From an uncultured Bacteroidales bacterium (GTDB lineage: Bacteria > Bacteroidota > Bacteroidia > Bacteroidales > VadinHA17), in NCBI GenBank assembly GCA_963741935.1, contig CAVUJY010000017.1, positions 14,264-78,263 of the forward strand: a DNA stretch of 64,000 nt, read 5' to 3'. The position numbers and the translations under genes are program-made. Under the pieces are notes generated by a model. It saw only the letters and a list, made by a program, of their open reading frames with translations, ran no database searches and was not told the DNA's origin. Shown here piece by piece: positions 43,269 to 55,457 of the stretch (the first letter of the stretch is position 1; each line of letters starts with the position of its first letter).

Positions 43269-43960
43269 TTAACTTTCTGTTTTTACAGGTTCATTTAAAA
43301 TATCCATAAATTCTGTAAGTGTTGCTTCAAGGTTAAATACAACTTTTTCAACTCTTACAACAAGTGTATTATATGCAAAATATCCGATAATACCTACGAT
43401 CAGACCGGCAACTGTAGTAATAAGTGCTGTATAAATACCATCTGACATCATTGAAACTTCAATATTATTTCCTGCCTGCGACATCGCATAAAAGATCTTA
43501 CCATACCGATTACAGTTCCCAGAAAGCCAAGCATAGGTTCTGCTCCGGTTATTGTTGCCAGTGTCGGAAACCCTTTTTCAAGCTTGGAAATTTCCAGTTT
43601 TCCAACATTTTCAATTGCAGTACTGATATCCTGCAAAGGTCTTCCTAGCCTGGTAATTCCTTTCTCAACCATTCTGGCAGAAGGACTATCGGTTGACCTG
43701 CATAAGGCCAGGGCAGCATCAATCTTCCCATCATGAATATAATCTTTAATCCTGTTCATAAAGTTCATATCTTCCTTTGTAGCCTTTCTGATGACATAAT
43801 ATCTTTCAATAAAAATATAAGCAGCGACAAATGATAATAGTATAATTGGAATCATCACCCATCCTCCTTTAATAGCCAGATCAAAAAGTGTAAGTTTCAT
43901 TGCACCCGCATTTTCAACAGGCACGGATCCGCCCTGCATAAGAAGTTGTATAAATGCCAT
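43269..43960 (-). pseudogene. exbB: MotA/TolQ/ExbB proton-channel protein, with one frame break.
   Basis: Fragments 43448..43960 and 43269..43484. ..GGWVMIPIILLSFVAAYIFIERY..LATITGAEPMLGFLGTVIGMV.. / ..MSDGIYTALITTVAGLIVGI.. Confidence 0.8.
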
Positions 43961-44138
43961 ATTCTCTGGTTATTAGTTTAGTTTCTGATTAACATTTAAA
44001 ATTATTCATGCTGTTAAATTCTTGTGCGAAGGTATTAAAAAACATAATTTTAAAATTTCCTGTAATGCTGGTTTAATAACAATGGCCGGATACTTATTAA
44101 CTATATTAATAATCTTATATTTTGTTTTTATTTAAAAT

Positions 44139-47100
44139 TTACTTTTTCTCAGGAGATGGTTCATCCTCTTTCTTCATATCTGATTTGTTCTTCTTCTTGA
44201 ACAAATCAGAAAATTTATTAAAATCCTGCTTGTACATAATACCTATTCCCTGTGTATAAGGGCCTTTTCCATAATTTATATCGTTAAAACGGTTAAAAAC
44301 TTTGAAACGTATTTTCTCTGTAAGTTTTATTTCAGCATCAAAGTCACCTGTAATCTGATCGGTATTAGTAACGGCGTTGGTGTTAGTGCCACTGGCCCCT
44401 CTGACTTCAAAATTACCGTTTATCGATACTTTATTATTCAGTAACTGTGTTGACATGGCTACCTGCAACTCCTGTGGATTAATTTCCTTATTTCCACTTC
44501 CCGGCCTGTATACAAAACCAAGGTCAAAATCATTGCTTATCTGTGATATCCAGTTACTTAGCTGATTTGAAATCATCTCAGTGGTAGTAACTGCCATTGC
44601 AGATGTTCCTGCAGCTGTTGCATTGCTTGTATAGATAAAACTATTCATCACCAGAAGATAAAAAAACTGCCTGTTAATCTCTTCTTCTGATGTAAGAGCA
44701 TTTTTAAGGTATGCTTTTGTGTCCTCACTTGCGTTAGGAAGATCTATGTCAAATTTAACATTAGGGTTAAATAATTTTCCTGATAGATTAAGTATTGGTT
44801 CGACAGCAATTCGTTCATTACCGTATTCCGGACCAAGTATGGGTTCAAGAGAAGTTCGAAGGTTTTTATAGATGGCTTTGATATCGATTTCAGCATTTTC
44901 AAGGTCGCCATTAAACATAATTTTACCCCCATTTTCAATATAAAATCTTTTATTTATAATATTGCCAAGAGTAAATAAATATTCCCCGTCTTCAATTACA
45001 TAATCACCTGTTATTTTAAAGTTCCCCTGTCTGTTAAGATTTAAATTAAGATTACCGGAGCCATGCCCTGTCATCTTATCCCCAACAGTAGCATCAAAAA
45101 TAATTTGTGCCTCAGCATCAGGAGTCACCTCAAGATCGATATTCAGATCAAGACCGCTGGTGTTGGGAGCAAGAGGTTCGTTTTCAGCATATCTTACCCC
45201 TTTTACCATCCTTGAAGTATCCTTCTTGGTTAATAAATGTGATGAATGAATTTTCAGATACTGACAGACTCTTAGTTAATGGAATAAATAATTTGGTATT
45301 TTTTTCTGTTTTAGCTGAAATATCAAACGAAAGTAAATTTTGTCCGCTTTTTATTGTAGTAACCCCAGTGGCATAAGCTGTGCCAAAGAATAGTGGATTA
45401 TCTTTGGGTTTGGTATTAAGAACAAGGCAATTATTTGTATTAATTATCAGATCAGCCTTGTATTCCTTGAAATTTTTATGATACACAACACCGGAAAGAG
45501 TTGCTGTGTTGCCGAATTCATCTGTCAGTGCGATATTATTGAATCTGATTCCACTGCGATCAAACCTTACAGAATCGTTGAGTTTGTAAGTAGTCTGAAG
45601 GTAATCTATTTTCATGGAAGCATTCTTCAGCTTTTACTCCGCCAAGCAATAAAATTTTGCCCGGTTCTGCAATGAAATTTACTTTTCCTGATACAGTTCC
45701 TGTTATACCTGATGCAAACATTTTAAGTAACGGGTTAAGAGCATCTATCGATAATTTGGAGGCAATGCCGGTGAGATCAAGTTTTCTCTTTACCGGATCA
45801 TAATACCCGTCAATTTTGAGCGAATTAGTGCCATTGATGTTATTGCTGGCTTTGATTAATGCCGCTTTTTTATTTATGTCGTAAGCTGAATTAATTGAAA
45901 TGTCACCGAAATCACTCCCTAATAGTGAAAAACTTTTAATAACCACATTACTCTCAAGTAATAAGTTCTTGTAGACATTTGTAAGAACGATATTTCCGTC
46001 AAGAAATCCTTTAAAGTCGAGCTGCAATGGATTATCATCAGCTGATTTGTTTTTATTAACCAACAAATTTAAGGGTGATATATCTATGCCGTTAAACTTC
46101 AGATATAGTGTGTCGTTCAGGTTTTCAGATACTGAGCCGTGGATCAGGTAGTAATTGTTCTTGCTGCTGATATTCAGTTTATTGATTTTTATCGCATTTG
46201 AATCGACCCGGATAGTTGACTTGCTTATACTCCACTGATCGCCATTAAGAAATACATCTGTGGGTTCAATATCAACAGTAAGAATAGGATTATTATTACC
46301 CGTACTATCTTTGGTTATTGCACCTCGTGCAGTAATAATACCTCTGGTAATACTTGTATCACGGTTATCCCAGCCGACTGTGAAAATAAATTTGTCAGGA
46401 ATGGTCTTAAGTTTAATTTTAAAATCTTTTATGATCCGATTGACCAAGTATCGACAGGGCTGAACTTGAGACATTTAGAGAAAGATCTGAACCGGAGATA
46501 TTTGAGTTAAAGGCAAGGTCTCTGAAAACTGTATTTTTAAGAGTGAATGATTTTGCTCCTCCATCAATAATAATAACACTATCAGGAGATACTACTCCTT
46601 TAACAAAGCTATTATCAGCAATCAAGAAACCTGTTTTGAAAAATTCATTAAGCTGATCGGTTTTCTTTAGTCTTATATCAAACGTAAAATTGTTCCGACC
46701 AAGGTCATTTCGCTTTGCAACAACAGGAAAACGGGAAGGCATAAGAGCAGATAACGTGGATTTGAAAATGCTTCCGATAGTGGCAAAATTATAATAACCC
46801 CTTATGTCGGCATCAACAAAATCCGTTCGAAGACTTAAAATGGGTTTACTGTCTTCCGTAAATGTCCGTATCGAGAAATCATAAACCTCAAGTGTTTTGT
46901 TATATTTCTTAAAACTGGAGTTCAGAAGTTTTATTTCACCATCAAGATTATCAATACTATTTCCTTTGAAGTTTGACGTAAGCAACAGGTTCAGGGAAGA
47001 AGTTGTGTCAAGTTTGTCAATATTCAGTTTAAACAGATTTGCATTCGCAACATTAAGGGTAAAGTCAAATTCAGGTAATTTGTTTGTGAAATTCAACAGA

Positions 47101-48623
47101 CCCTGAAGATCAAGTTTAAGATTTTCATCATTAATTTTAATACTTCCGTCCCAGGTCTTTTCAGTGAAATAACCATTCAGTGCAATATTTCTGTAGATAT
47201 AGTTGTTTATTTCAATACTGTCAATTTTTCCTGTCAGGTTTGCAGCGATCTTATTCAAGGTTAGATGCATATCCGTCTACATTCGCCTGCATGCTCAGAT
47301 TTCCAAATAATTCAGTGTTTCCTGTCAGTTCACCCAGATTTATGTTTTTTCCGGTAAGCAGACCTTTTATTCTGTACTTTTTATTTCCTTCAGGTCTGAG
47401 TGATATATCGGTACGGATTGAACCCAGCCGGGTTCTTATCTCACCATAGGTTACAAAATCTGTTGTAAAGCCGGTGAAACTGCCATCAAATGCGATATTT
47501 CCCAGAGTACGTATCACTTCAGGAATCAGGAGAGTGTCCTTCCTGCGCAACTTTAATTTTTCAAAATCTTTTGCATTGGTATTAAGACTATTAACCCCTA
47601 TATAAATAAAAGTATTATCAATGTTTGGCAGTCCGGAAAAATCAAAATCACATGCAATCCTTGTGTTTATCGCCATATGCTAATTCAATGTTTCTTCCCC
47701 GTAAGTTCAGCTATGGTTCCGGAAATCTTTCCTGAGAACCATGCTGATTCATTTATTCCTTCCGGTATCTTGACAAAGTATCGCAGGTCGGATGCTGAAA
47801 TCAGCGATTTCTCAAAGAGTATGTCCAGCCTGACTTTTTCAATAAAGTTCTTAAATGAGGAAGAGTCACCTTTTATTCCTAATCGCGATATATTTAATGT
47901 GCTGCTGTCGCAGGTTATACTTGCTGATTTAAACAGAAAATCATTTTTAGCCAACACTACAGAACTACTCATCTTCTGTATTTGAAAACCACCCGATTCC
48001 AGAAAACCAAGGTTGTAGATATTAAATGCTGTGGTATCATTCTCAATCTTAAAATCTTCAATAATACCGTTTATGTTATTTAAATTCAGATTATTAAAAT
48101 TAATTCCATACTTTGGTTCAGCTGCATTCTCATTTATCAGGGCAAATCTGGCATTACTTATATCAATCTGATCGATTAGAAATTTAATTTTGTTTTTATT
48201 AATTGAATCCGATGAGCCTTTAAGAAGATCAAGATACCAGTTAAGATTCATCACACCTGTAGAATCAGTGATTAATGCTACAACAGGTTTGACCACAGTA
48301 ACTCTTCCCAGTCTGAAGGACTTTCTCTTAAAACTGGCCTTCTTTAAACGAACGGTAAGTGTTTGAGCATATAAAAGGGTATCATTGTTTTTATCTTTGA
48401 TAAGAATATCTTTGGCAGTGAGCCTGTTAAAAAATTTAAATTCAAAATGACCAACCGATATCGTTGAATTTATTTCTTCTGAAAAGTGACCTGATATCCT
48501 CTTAACAAGAAATGTCTGTACCTCAGGAATCTGTAATGTAAGATACAGTGCAGTCGGGGTCATGATTATGACCCCGATAAAAATTATAAAATACTTTAGC
48601 GATTTTTTAATATTTTTGACCAT
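44139..48623 (-). pseudogene. tamB: Translocation and assembly module protein TamB (about 1490 aa), with at least 5 frame breaks.
   Basis: Six consecutive fragments (47685..48644, 47251..47676, 46419..47270, 45560..46474, 45184..45615, 44139..45209) form one long beta-rich protein. It has an N-terminal TM anchor (MVKNIKKSLKYFIIFIGVIIM) and a DUF490-like C-terminus. It is divergent from tsaD. Confidence 0.75.
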
Positions 48624-48685
48624 TGAAAAGAGTAAAAAAATCAATTGTCAAAATAACCTAAAATATACCGAAAAACAAAGTATTA

Positions 48686-49700
48686 ATGACAGTTACAATC
48701 CTTGCAATAGAATCATCCTGCGATGATACTTCTGTCGCAGTAATAAGGGATGGATATGTCCTTTCAAACCTTATTGCCAATCAGGATATTCATATGTCAT
48801 ACGGAGGTGTTGTTCCGGAACTTGCCTCCAGAGCTCATCAGGCAAATATTGTACCAGTTACTCATGAAGCAATTCTCAAGTCAGGTATTAATGCTGATGA
48901 AGTCAACGCTGTTGCTTTTACACGAGGGCCTGGTTTACTTGGTTCATTGCTTGTGGGAACATCATTTGCCAAAGGTTTTGCCCTTGCAAAAGATATTCCC
49001 CTGATTGAAGTCAATCATCTTCAGGCTCATGTTCTGGCACATTTCATTCTTGAAAAAGAAAAGGAAAAAAAGCTGCCATCATTTCCTTTTCTGTGTCTTC
49101 TTGTATCCGGAGGACATACACGTATTATTGTGATGAAGAGCCATCTCGAAATGGAGGTAATTGGAAATACTATTGATGATGCAGCCGGGGAAGCATTTGA
49201 TAAATGCGGAAAAGTTATGGGACTATCTTATCCGGCAGGACCGTTGATTGATAAATTAGCAAAACAGGGTAACCCATTGGCATTTAGTTTTGCAAAACCG
49301 GTAGTAAAAGGTCTGGATTTCAGTTTCAGTGGCCTGAAGACAAGTTTTCTTTACTTTCTTCGGGATAAACTAAAAGATGACTCAGCCTTTATTGAGAAAA
49401 ATTTAGCTGATCTGTGTGCCTCCCTTCAACATGTAATTGTTGATATTTTAATAGACAAACTTATAAAAGCATCACTGCAGACTGGAATTCATGGATGTAG
49501 GAATAGCAGGTGGTGTTTCCGCTAATTCAGGACTAAGGGAAGCTATGCAGACGGAAGCATTGAAAAGAAACTGGAACCTGTTCCTTCCGGAGTTAAGATT
49601 TACTACCGATAATGCAGCAATGATTGGTATTACTGCATATTATAAATATCTTCGGGGTGAATTTTCTGGTCATGATGTAATTCCTATGGCCAGATTTTAG
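48686..49700 (+). pseudogene. tsaD: tRNA N6-adenosine threonylcarbamoyltransferase TsaD, with one frame break near 49490.
   Basis: MTVTILAIESSCDDTSVAV..GGVVPELASRAHQ..GPGLLGSLLVG..LLVSGGHT.. continues in 49491..49700 (..IAGGVSANSGLR..TDNAAMIG..). Confidence 0.9.
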
Positions 49701-49712
49701 TTAATATCCTAT

Positions 49713-50747
49713 ATGAACGATACCGGACTCACATTTCTTGTAATTGGCGCTGGTGCAATAGGTGGAATTACTGCTGCTCTCCTGAGGAAAGATGGAGTAA
49801 ATGTTGAAATTGTTTGCAAATATGACGAGTATGCCTCCCTGATTTCAAACAAAGGAATAAATGTTGAAGGGGTATGCGGCAAACACAATGTCAAAATTCC
49901 TGCCTATGCTTCAATCTCTGAAATAACTGAAACTAAAGATATTATTCTGCTGGCTACAAAAGCCACCGAAATGATGGAAGCAGCAGAGGAAATAAAAAGG
50001 GTATTAAAAAAGGATGGTTTTCTTATTTCGCTTCAGAACGGGTTTTGTGAAGATGATCTTGCAGCAGTTGTTGGTAAAGAAAGGATTATAGGCTGTGTTA
50101 CCGGTTGGGGTGCGACAATGTATTCTCCCGGAAATTTATCTATGACCTCTGTTGGTGATTTTATTCTCGGCTATACCGACAGAGAGCCGGATAAATTTCT
50201 TTTAAGCATTGCAGCAATTCTTTCATCGGTAGTTCCTGCAATTACAACCGGAAATATCAAGGGACATCTGTATTCCAAACTTATTATCAATTCCTGTATT
50301 ACTTCCTTAGGAGCTATATGTGGTCTTTATCTTGGCAAGATGCTATCATTCAGGAAAATACGCAATATTTTCATTGAAATAATAAGAGAATCTGTAAGTG
50401 TTGCAGACAAGATGAATATCAAAATCGAAATTTTTGGAGGAAAGCTTGATTTCAGAAAATTTATCTCAGGAGACAGCAGAATATCAGATATACGCAGGCA
50501 TATATTAATAAGAATAATAGGTCTTAAGTACAGAAAGCTCAAATCGTCCAGCCTTCAGTCACTCGAAAGAGGCAAAAAAACTGAAATTGACTTTTTAAAC
50601 GGATATATTGTAAGGAACGGAGGTCTGTTAGGTATATCTGTGCCTGTTAATACTCAAATCGTCAAAATGATACATGAGATAGAGCTTAAGCAGAGGGATA
50701 TATCGTTTTCAAATTTTAATGACCCATTTTTCGAGAGATTCGGTTAA
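49713..50747 (+). CDS. Ketopantoate reductase (PanE/ApbA) family oxidoreductase.
   Basis: Intact 344 aa. Rossmann motif LVIGAGAIGG. ..LLATKA.., ..SLQNG.., ..KSSSLQSLERGKKTEIDFLNGYIV.. Confidence 0.75.
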   Translation: MNDTGLTFLVIGAGAIGGITAALLRKDGVNVEIVCKYDEYASLISNKGINVEGVCGKHNVKIPAYASISEITETKDIILLATKATEMMEAAEEIKRVLKKDGFLISLQNGFCEDDLAAVVGKERIIGCVTGWGATMYSPGNLSMTSVGDFILGYTDREPDKFLLSIAAILSSVVPAITTGNIKGHLYSKLIINSCITSLGAICGLYLGKMLSFRKIRNIFIEIIRESVSVADKMNIKIEIFGGKLDFRKFISGDSRISDIRRHILIRIIGLKYRKLKSSSLQSLERGKKTEIDFLNGYIVRNGGLLGISVPVNTQIVKMIHEIELKQRDISFSNFNDPFFERFG

Positions 50748-50794
50748 GTGGAGTATTTATTGTTATAAAATTATTAAATTGTGACAAAATATTT

Positions 50795-51172
50795 GTGATG
50801 GAGGAGTTAAGGATATCACCGACAAAGAATACGCCGGAGGTCATTTTAAATCCAGAGGGGATAATAAAGATCAGGGGAAGATCAATTCATGAGAATGTAA
50901 CTGATTTTTTTTCACCGGTGGAAGACTGGGTGAGTGGGTATATTGAAGTACCTGCCGACCTTACATGTGTTGATGTCAATCTGGAATATTTCAATAGTGC
51001 CAGTGCAAAGGTATTCATACATATTTTGCAGAAAATAACTTATGTAACCTTAAAACATAAGAAGTTCATTTTTAACTGGTATTATGAGGATGGAGATGAA
51101 GATATACTTGAACGTGGGGAGTATTTTGCCTCAGTTCTGGATGTCCCTATTACTTTCATAAAAATCAGCTGA
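50795..51172 (+). CDS. DUF1987 (SiaC-like) domain protein.
   Basis: Intact, about 124 aa. ..ISPTKNTPEVILNPEGIIKIRGRSIHENVTDFFSPV..W..L..VNLEYFNSASAKVF..ILQ..F.WYYEDGDEDILE.GE.. The ATG at 50798 may be the true start. Confidence 0.65.
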   Translation: MMEELRISPTKNTPEVILNPEGIIKIRGRSIHENVTDFFSPVEDWVSGYIEVPADLTCVDVNLEYFNSASAKVFIHILQKITYVTLKHKKFIFNWYYEDGDEDILERGEYFASVLDVPITFIKIS

Positions 51173-52326
51173 TTTTTCCAAAAGCCTGATCCAGATCACG
51201 AATCAATGTATCAGGATCATCAAGACCGATATAAAATCTGATAAGATTGCTTGTATAGCCCTCCTTCTTTCTATTGTCTTCAAATGAGAGAGCTGGAAAT
51301 ACAAGAGATTCATGGCCTCCCCATGAGACCCCTATAATGAATTGTTTCAGGCTGTTGACAAATAGTTCTACTTTATTTTTATCTGTTATTGTTAAGCGTA
51401 CTGAAAACAATCCGGTTGGTTTAAGCATTTGTTTAACAGCCAGATCGTATTGAGGATGACGGCGTGATAAAGGGTGAAGTACCTCGCTGACAAGCGGATG
51501 ATTTTCGAGATACTCCAGAACTATGGTAGTAGTATTGGAAATACGATCGATCCTGGCAGGAAGTGTTCTTAATCCTCTGAGCATCAGCCATGCATTAAAT
51601 GGAGATATTATTCCTCCAAGTCCCATAAATTCATTATCGAAAATTCTACGAATGTTCACTGAAGAACCGCAAACCATACCTGCCACAATATCACTGTGTC
51701 CACCAAGGTATTTGCTTGCCGAATGCATTATTATATCTGACTCCAAGAGCTGCAGGTGACTGAGTTAAAGGTGATGAGTAGCTGTTGTCTATTAAGGTAG
51801 TAATACCGGCAGATTTGGCAATTCCGGTAATTGCTTCAATATCCTGAAGTTCAAATGTCAGAGAATTAGGACTTTCCAGATATATTATCTTTGTATTCTT
51901 CCTGATAGCCTTCCTGAAGTTTTGAGGATCACGGCCATCCACGAAAGTAGTCTCAACGCCGAACCGTGGGAGAAAAGAGGTCATTATCATATTTGCCCAG
52001 CTGTAATTATTTCTAACACTTACAATATGGTCCCCGGATTTCACAAATGAGATTATTGCTGATGAGATGGCAGCCATTCCGCTGGCAAAAGCCAGGGCTT
52101 CGTCAGTATCTTCAAGTGCTGCAACTTTTTTACATAGGATATCAACGGTTGGATTATTTCCCCTGGAGTAGATATGACTGTGTTTCTCATCAGCAATAGC
52201 TTTTTTTAATTCATCAACATTCCTGAAAGCAAAATTGCTGGTTTGAAATATAGGAGGTGTTATTGCATTGGAATAATTTTCGCGTTCCTCTCCAAGATGG
52301 TTTATTATAAAGGAAATATCTTTCAT
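51165..52326 (-). pseudogene. PLP-dependent Cys/Met-metabolism enzyme (cystathionine gamma-synthase / beta-lyase / methionine gamma-lyase family), with one frame break.
   Basis: Fragments 51691..52326 and 51165..51746. ..YSRGNNPTV..ASGMAAIS.. and the PLP-lysine segment ..IIMHSASKYLGGHSDIVAG.. Confidence 0.8.
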
Positions 52327-53668
52327 AGGTTTAAGTTTATTTTTTGTACATGTGTATTTCGTCTTTGAAAGTAAATATATACCGGGACTCCCATAAGAAG
52401 AAAAGCAAATCCAATAAGCATATGCATTGGTTTATTAACAAAAATATTTATTACAAACCATGTATTGATACCAATAAAAATAAGTGGAGTCACGGGATAC
52501 CCGAGTGTTTTGTAAGGCCTTTTAACATTCCTGAGTTTGCGCCGGAAAATAAAGATCCCTGCGGCTGCCAGAGTAAAGAATATCCATTCAACTGATACCG
52601 TGTATGTAATAAGGTCTTCAAATGTTCGCCAGAAGATCAGCAGGACAATTGCCCATATTGATTGAGCAATAATTGCATTAACAGGAGTTTTAAATGAAGG
52701 ATGTACTTTTGCCAGGCTCCTGAAGAAAAGTCCGTCTTCGGCCATAGCATAGTATATTCTTGGAGCAGAAAGGGTATAGATACCTATAGTTCCCAAGGTA
52801 CTGATTGCAATAATTGCTGCTACCAGATTCCCTCCAAATGGGATATAGGTACTTACTGCTTCTGCAGCAACTTTCTGAGATGAAATTATTCCGTTGATTG
52901 GAAGCAACAGCATATAACTTGTATTGACTAGCAGGTATATTATAATTACTATTACGGCACCGGTTATCATCGCAACAGGAACGTTTCGTGAAGGGTTTTT
53001 TGTTTCTCCGGCAAGGAACGAAGCATGTTGCCAGCCTCCGTATGAAAACAGAACTCCGACAAGGGCAACCCCGAAACTGGAAAAGCCTGATATCCCTGAT
53101 ATCCCTGAAGATACAGCAGGATTGAGCTTTAAATGATAACTCAGCATGAACCGTAGAAAAACCCTACGCTGATAATAATAAGTATTCCGAGAATTTTTAG
53201 TCCTGTAAAGATATTTGAGAACATTTCACCAAACTTTGCCCGTAACACATTAAGTGTTGTGAGTAATATTATTGCTATTATGCTTGTTATAATCTTCCGG
53301 ATCTCATTCATAGGTATAAGAACACTGAGGTAATATGAGAATGCAAGAGCAAGCACTGCAATCGAACCTGACGTTATTATGAGCAGGTAAGCCCATCCAT
53401 ACAGAAAACCAAGCCATCCTCCATATGCTTCTTTCAGAAATACGTATATGCCTCCGGCTTTTGGAAATAATGATCCTAGCTCTCCAAAAGTGAGAGCTCC
53501 GGTTAATGTTATTAATCCACCAATTGCCCATACCCCAAGAATGAGAAAGGGAGCAGGCACTAACCCTGCAATCTGGGAAGGGGTAACAAATATTCCGGAT
53601 CCTATACAGGAACCAATTGCTACCATTATCAAGCCGAACAGAGTTAGCTCTTTAGCGAGTTTTGTCAT
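52323..53668 (-). pseudogene. APC-superfamily amino-acid permease, with one frame break.
   Basis: Fragments 53141..53668 and 52323..53147 together give about 12 TM segments. ..IGSGIFVTPSQIAG..GELGSLFPKAGGIYVFLKEAYG.. Its stop overlaps the downstream PLP-enzyme start. Confidence 0.75.
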
Positions 53669-53700
53669 AATTTATTCAACCGACCCTATAGTTTTGACTA

Positions 53701-54622
53701 TCAATATGCCAGAATCTGATTTTTCTCCCTTCCAAATCCCTTGATCCATATCTTATTCTTATATACCTCAACCTCTGAAAAACTATTTGTATTTTCAGTT
53801 TCTACCATTCCTTTAAATGTTACGAAATGAATCTGATTGACATTCCCATAATTACCAGAATGGTTATGTCCGTTAAACCAGGAGATAATATTATTGTATC
53901 TCTTTAGAACTGTAAGTATATCGTTGTAATTTAGAAGATTGTGAATATTTTCCGGAATCACGGGGAAATGACAGCTTATAAATACTTTTTCCCCTTTTTC
54001 AGAGGCCAGTGTTCAATTGTTCCGAAAGCCATTCAAGTTGTTTTGAAGAGATGCCTCCGTTCCATTCTATTGCATTTATTTCACCTTTTTCCTTAAGTTC
54101 AGATATATAATCAGATGCTTTTTTAATAGTCCTTTTATTAGCAGATATATAAGTACTTATCTCATTTCCATTAAGAAAAATAAACCTGAATTTGCCATAT
54201 GAAAAGGAATAATAACCCTTCTTTTCATATACCAGGGCAGGTATTTTCTTTTTGTAATACGGCTTAACAGAATAATCGTGATTTCCGGAAACATGATAGA
54301 TTTTAAGCCCGAATGAATCAAGCATAGTCATAACTGGCTTATAAGATCTGAAATCTTTATCTATAAGATCGCCCAGATTAATAACAAAATCAACAGAGTC
54401 ATCTTTAAATACACTTAGCGCTTCATTAAGCTTTGTGAGTGACGATCTGTAGTATCGTGTTCCAATAGGTTCATTATCTGAGTATTGAACATCAGCTATT
54501 ATACCAAACTTAAACAGGGGTTTCTGATTCACTTTAACCGGATAGGTAGTTCCTGAAGTGTTTTTTAAAGGCATGCCAGATAGAATTAAAGTTGCAATAT
54601 ATGTTGCAATTAAAAGCTTCAT
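53701..54622 (-). pseudogene. Secreted calcineurin-like metallophosphoesterase, with one frame break.
   Basis: Fragments 53999..54622 (signal; ..FGIIADVQY..VINLGDLIDK..VSGNHDY..) and 53701..53961 (..WFNGHNHSGNY..). Confidence 0.65.
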
Positions 54623-54800
54623 ATTAATCCTTAATTAAGGTACTAAAAGTAGTTAAATTTTGTTTTTGTGAGTAAACGGTTGTTTTTTCAGAAACATCAT
54701 TTAAAGTAACCATTATAAGATATCCGGTGAAGCGACATATAGTTCACTTTTCAAACTTATCATAAGTCTTTTCCAGGGGCTAATCTTCAAAAGAAAATTG

Positions 54801-55187
54801 CTATTGTTTTGGGTTCTTATTTTTTTTTGATGATTCCTGAAAAGCCCTGAGATATATGAATGACACAACAAAAAATATCATTCCCAGAATAAGTAGCATC
54901 ACAAAAACAAATACCGATGGTTTTTCAAGTCCTGGAATAGGATGGTGAAGTCTGTATATATATCCATAGATAGTATAAGTCAATACCATTATGGAAATTA
55001 CAAAACTTAAGATTATAGTGGTGCCGTCAAATATTTTAGTTGTTTTATAGAATTTTGTGTTTTTGAATGTGCCGTATGATGTTCTGGCATAGGCGTTTGC
55101 CCGGCGACGTGATCTGTCCTGCCGATACTTTCTCCAGTCTTCCATTGCCTGTTCATATGATTGATTCTCATCTTTAATACTTTTCAT
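54801..55187 (-). CDS. Small membrane protein with two predicted TM helices. It is possibly the C-terminal part of the upstream J-domain protein.
   Basis: 128 aa. Basic N-terminus (..RQDRSRRRANAYAR..), then hydrophobic stretches IILSFVISIMVLTYTIYGYI and VFVFVMLLILGMIFFVVSFIYL. It overlaps the J-domain ORF by 14 nt. Confidence 0.4.
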   Translation of the reverse strand: MKSIKDENQSYEQAMEDWRKYRQDRSRRRANAYARTSYGTFKNTKFYKTTKIFDGTTIILSFVISIMVLTYTIYGYIYRLHHPIPGLEKPSVFVFVMLLILGMIFFVVSFIYLRAFQESSKKNKNPKQ

Positions 55188-55365
55188 GGTTAGCGATCAG
55201 AAACTCATATGCTTCGGTAGCCTCAATAAACATATCTTTTGCATCAGGGGAATGGTTGATATCGGGATGGTAAGCACGGGCTTTTACCCTGTACGCTTTT
55301 TTGATCTCTTCAATTGATGAGTCAACAGGGATATCCAGTATTCTGTAATAGTCTGTAAGTGTCAT
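55174..55365 (-). CDS. J-domain (DnaJ N-terminal domain) protein.
   Basis: MTLTDYYRILDIPVDSSIEEIKKAYRVKARAYHPDINHSPDAKDMFIEATEAYEFL contains the HPD tripeptide. Start chosen at the internal ATG; the track ORF extends to 55395. Confidence 0.65.
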   Translation of the reverse strand: MTLTDYYRILDIPVDSSIEEIKKAYRVKARAYHPDINHSPDAKDMFIEATEAYEFLIANHEKY

Positions 55366-55457
55366 ATTTGCATTAACAATGGAAATATTCCACAATTAAC
55401 GAATAATATTTCTCCTAATGGAAGTTGACCTGCTAAAAAATAAATATAACTCAAAAT

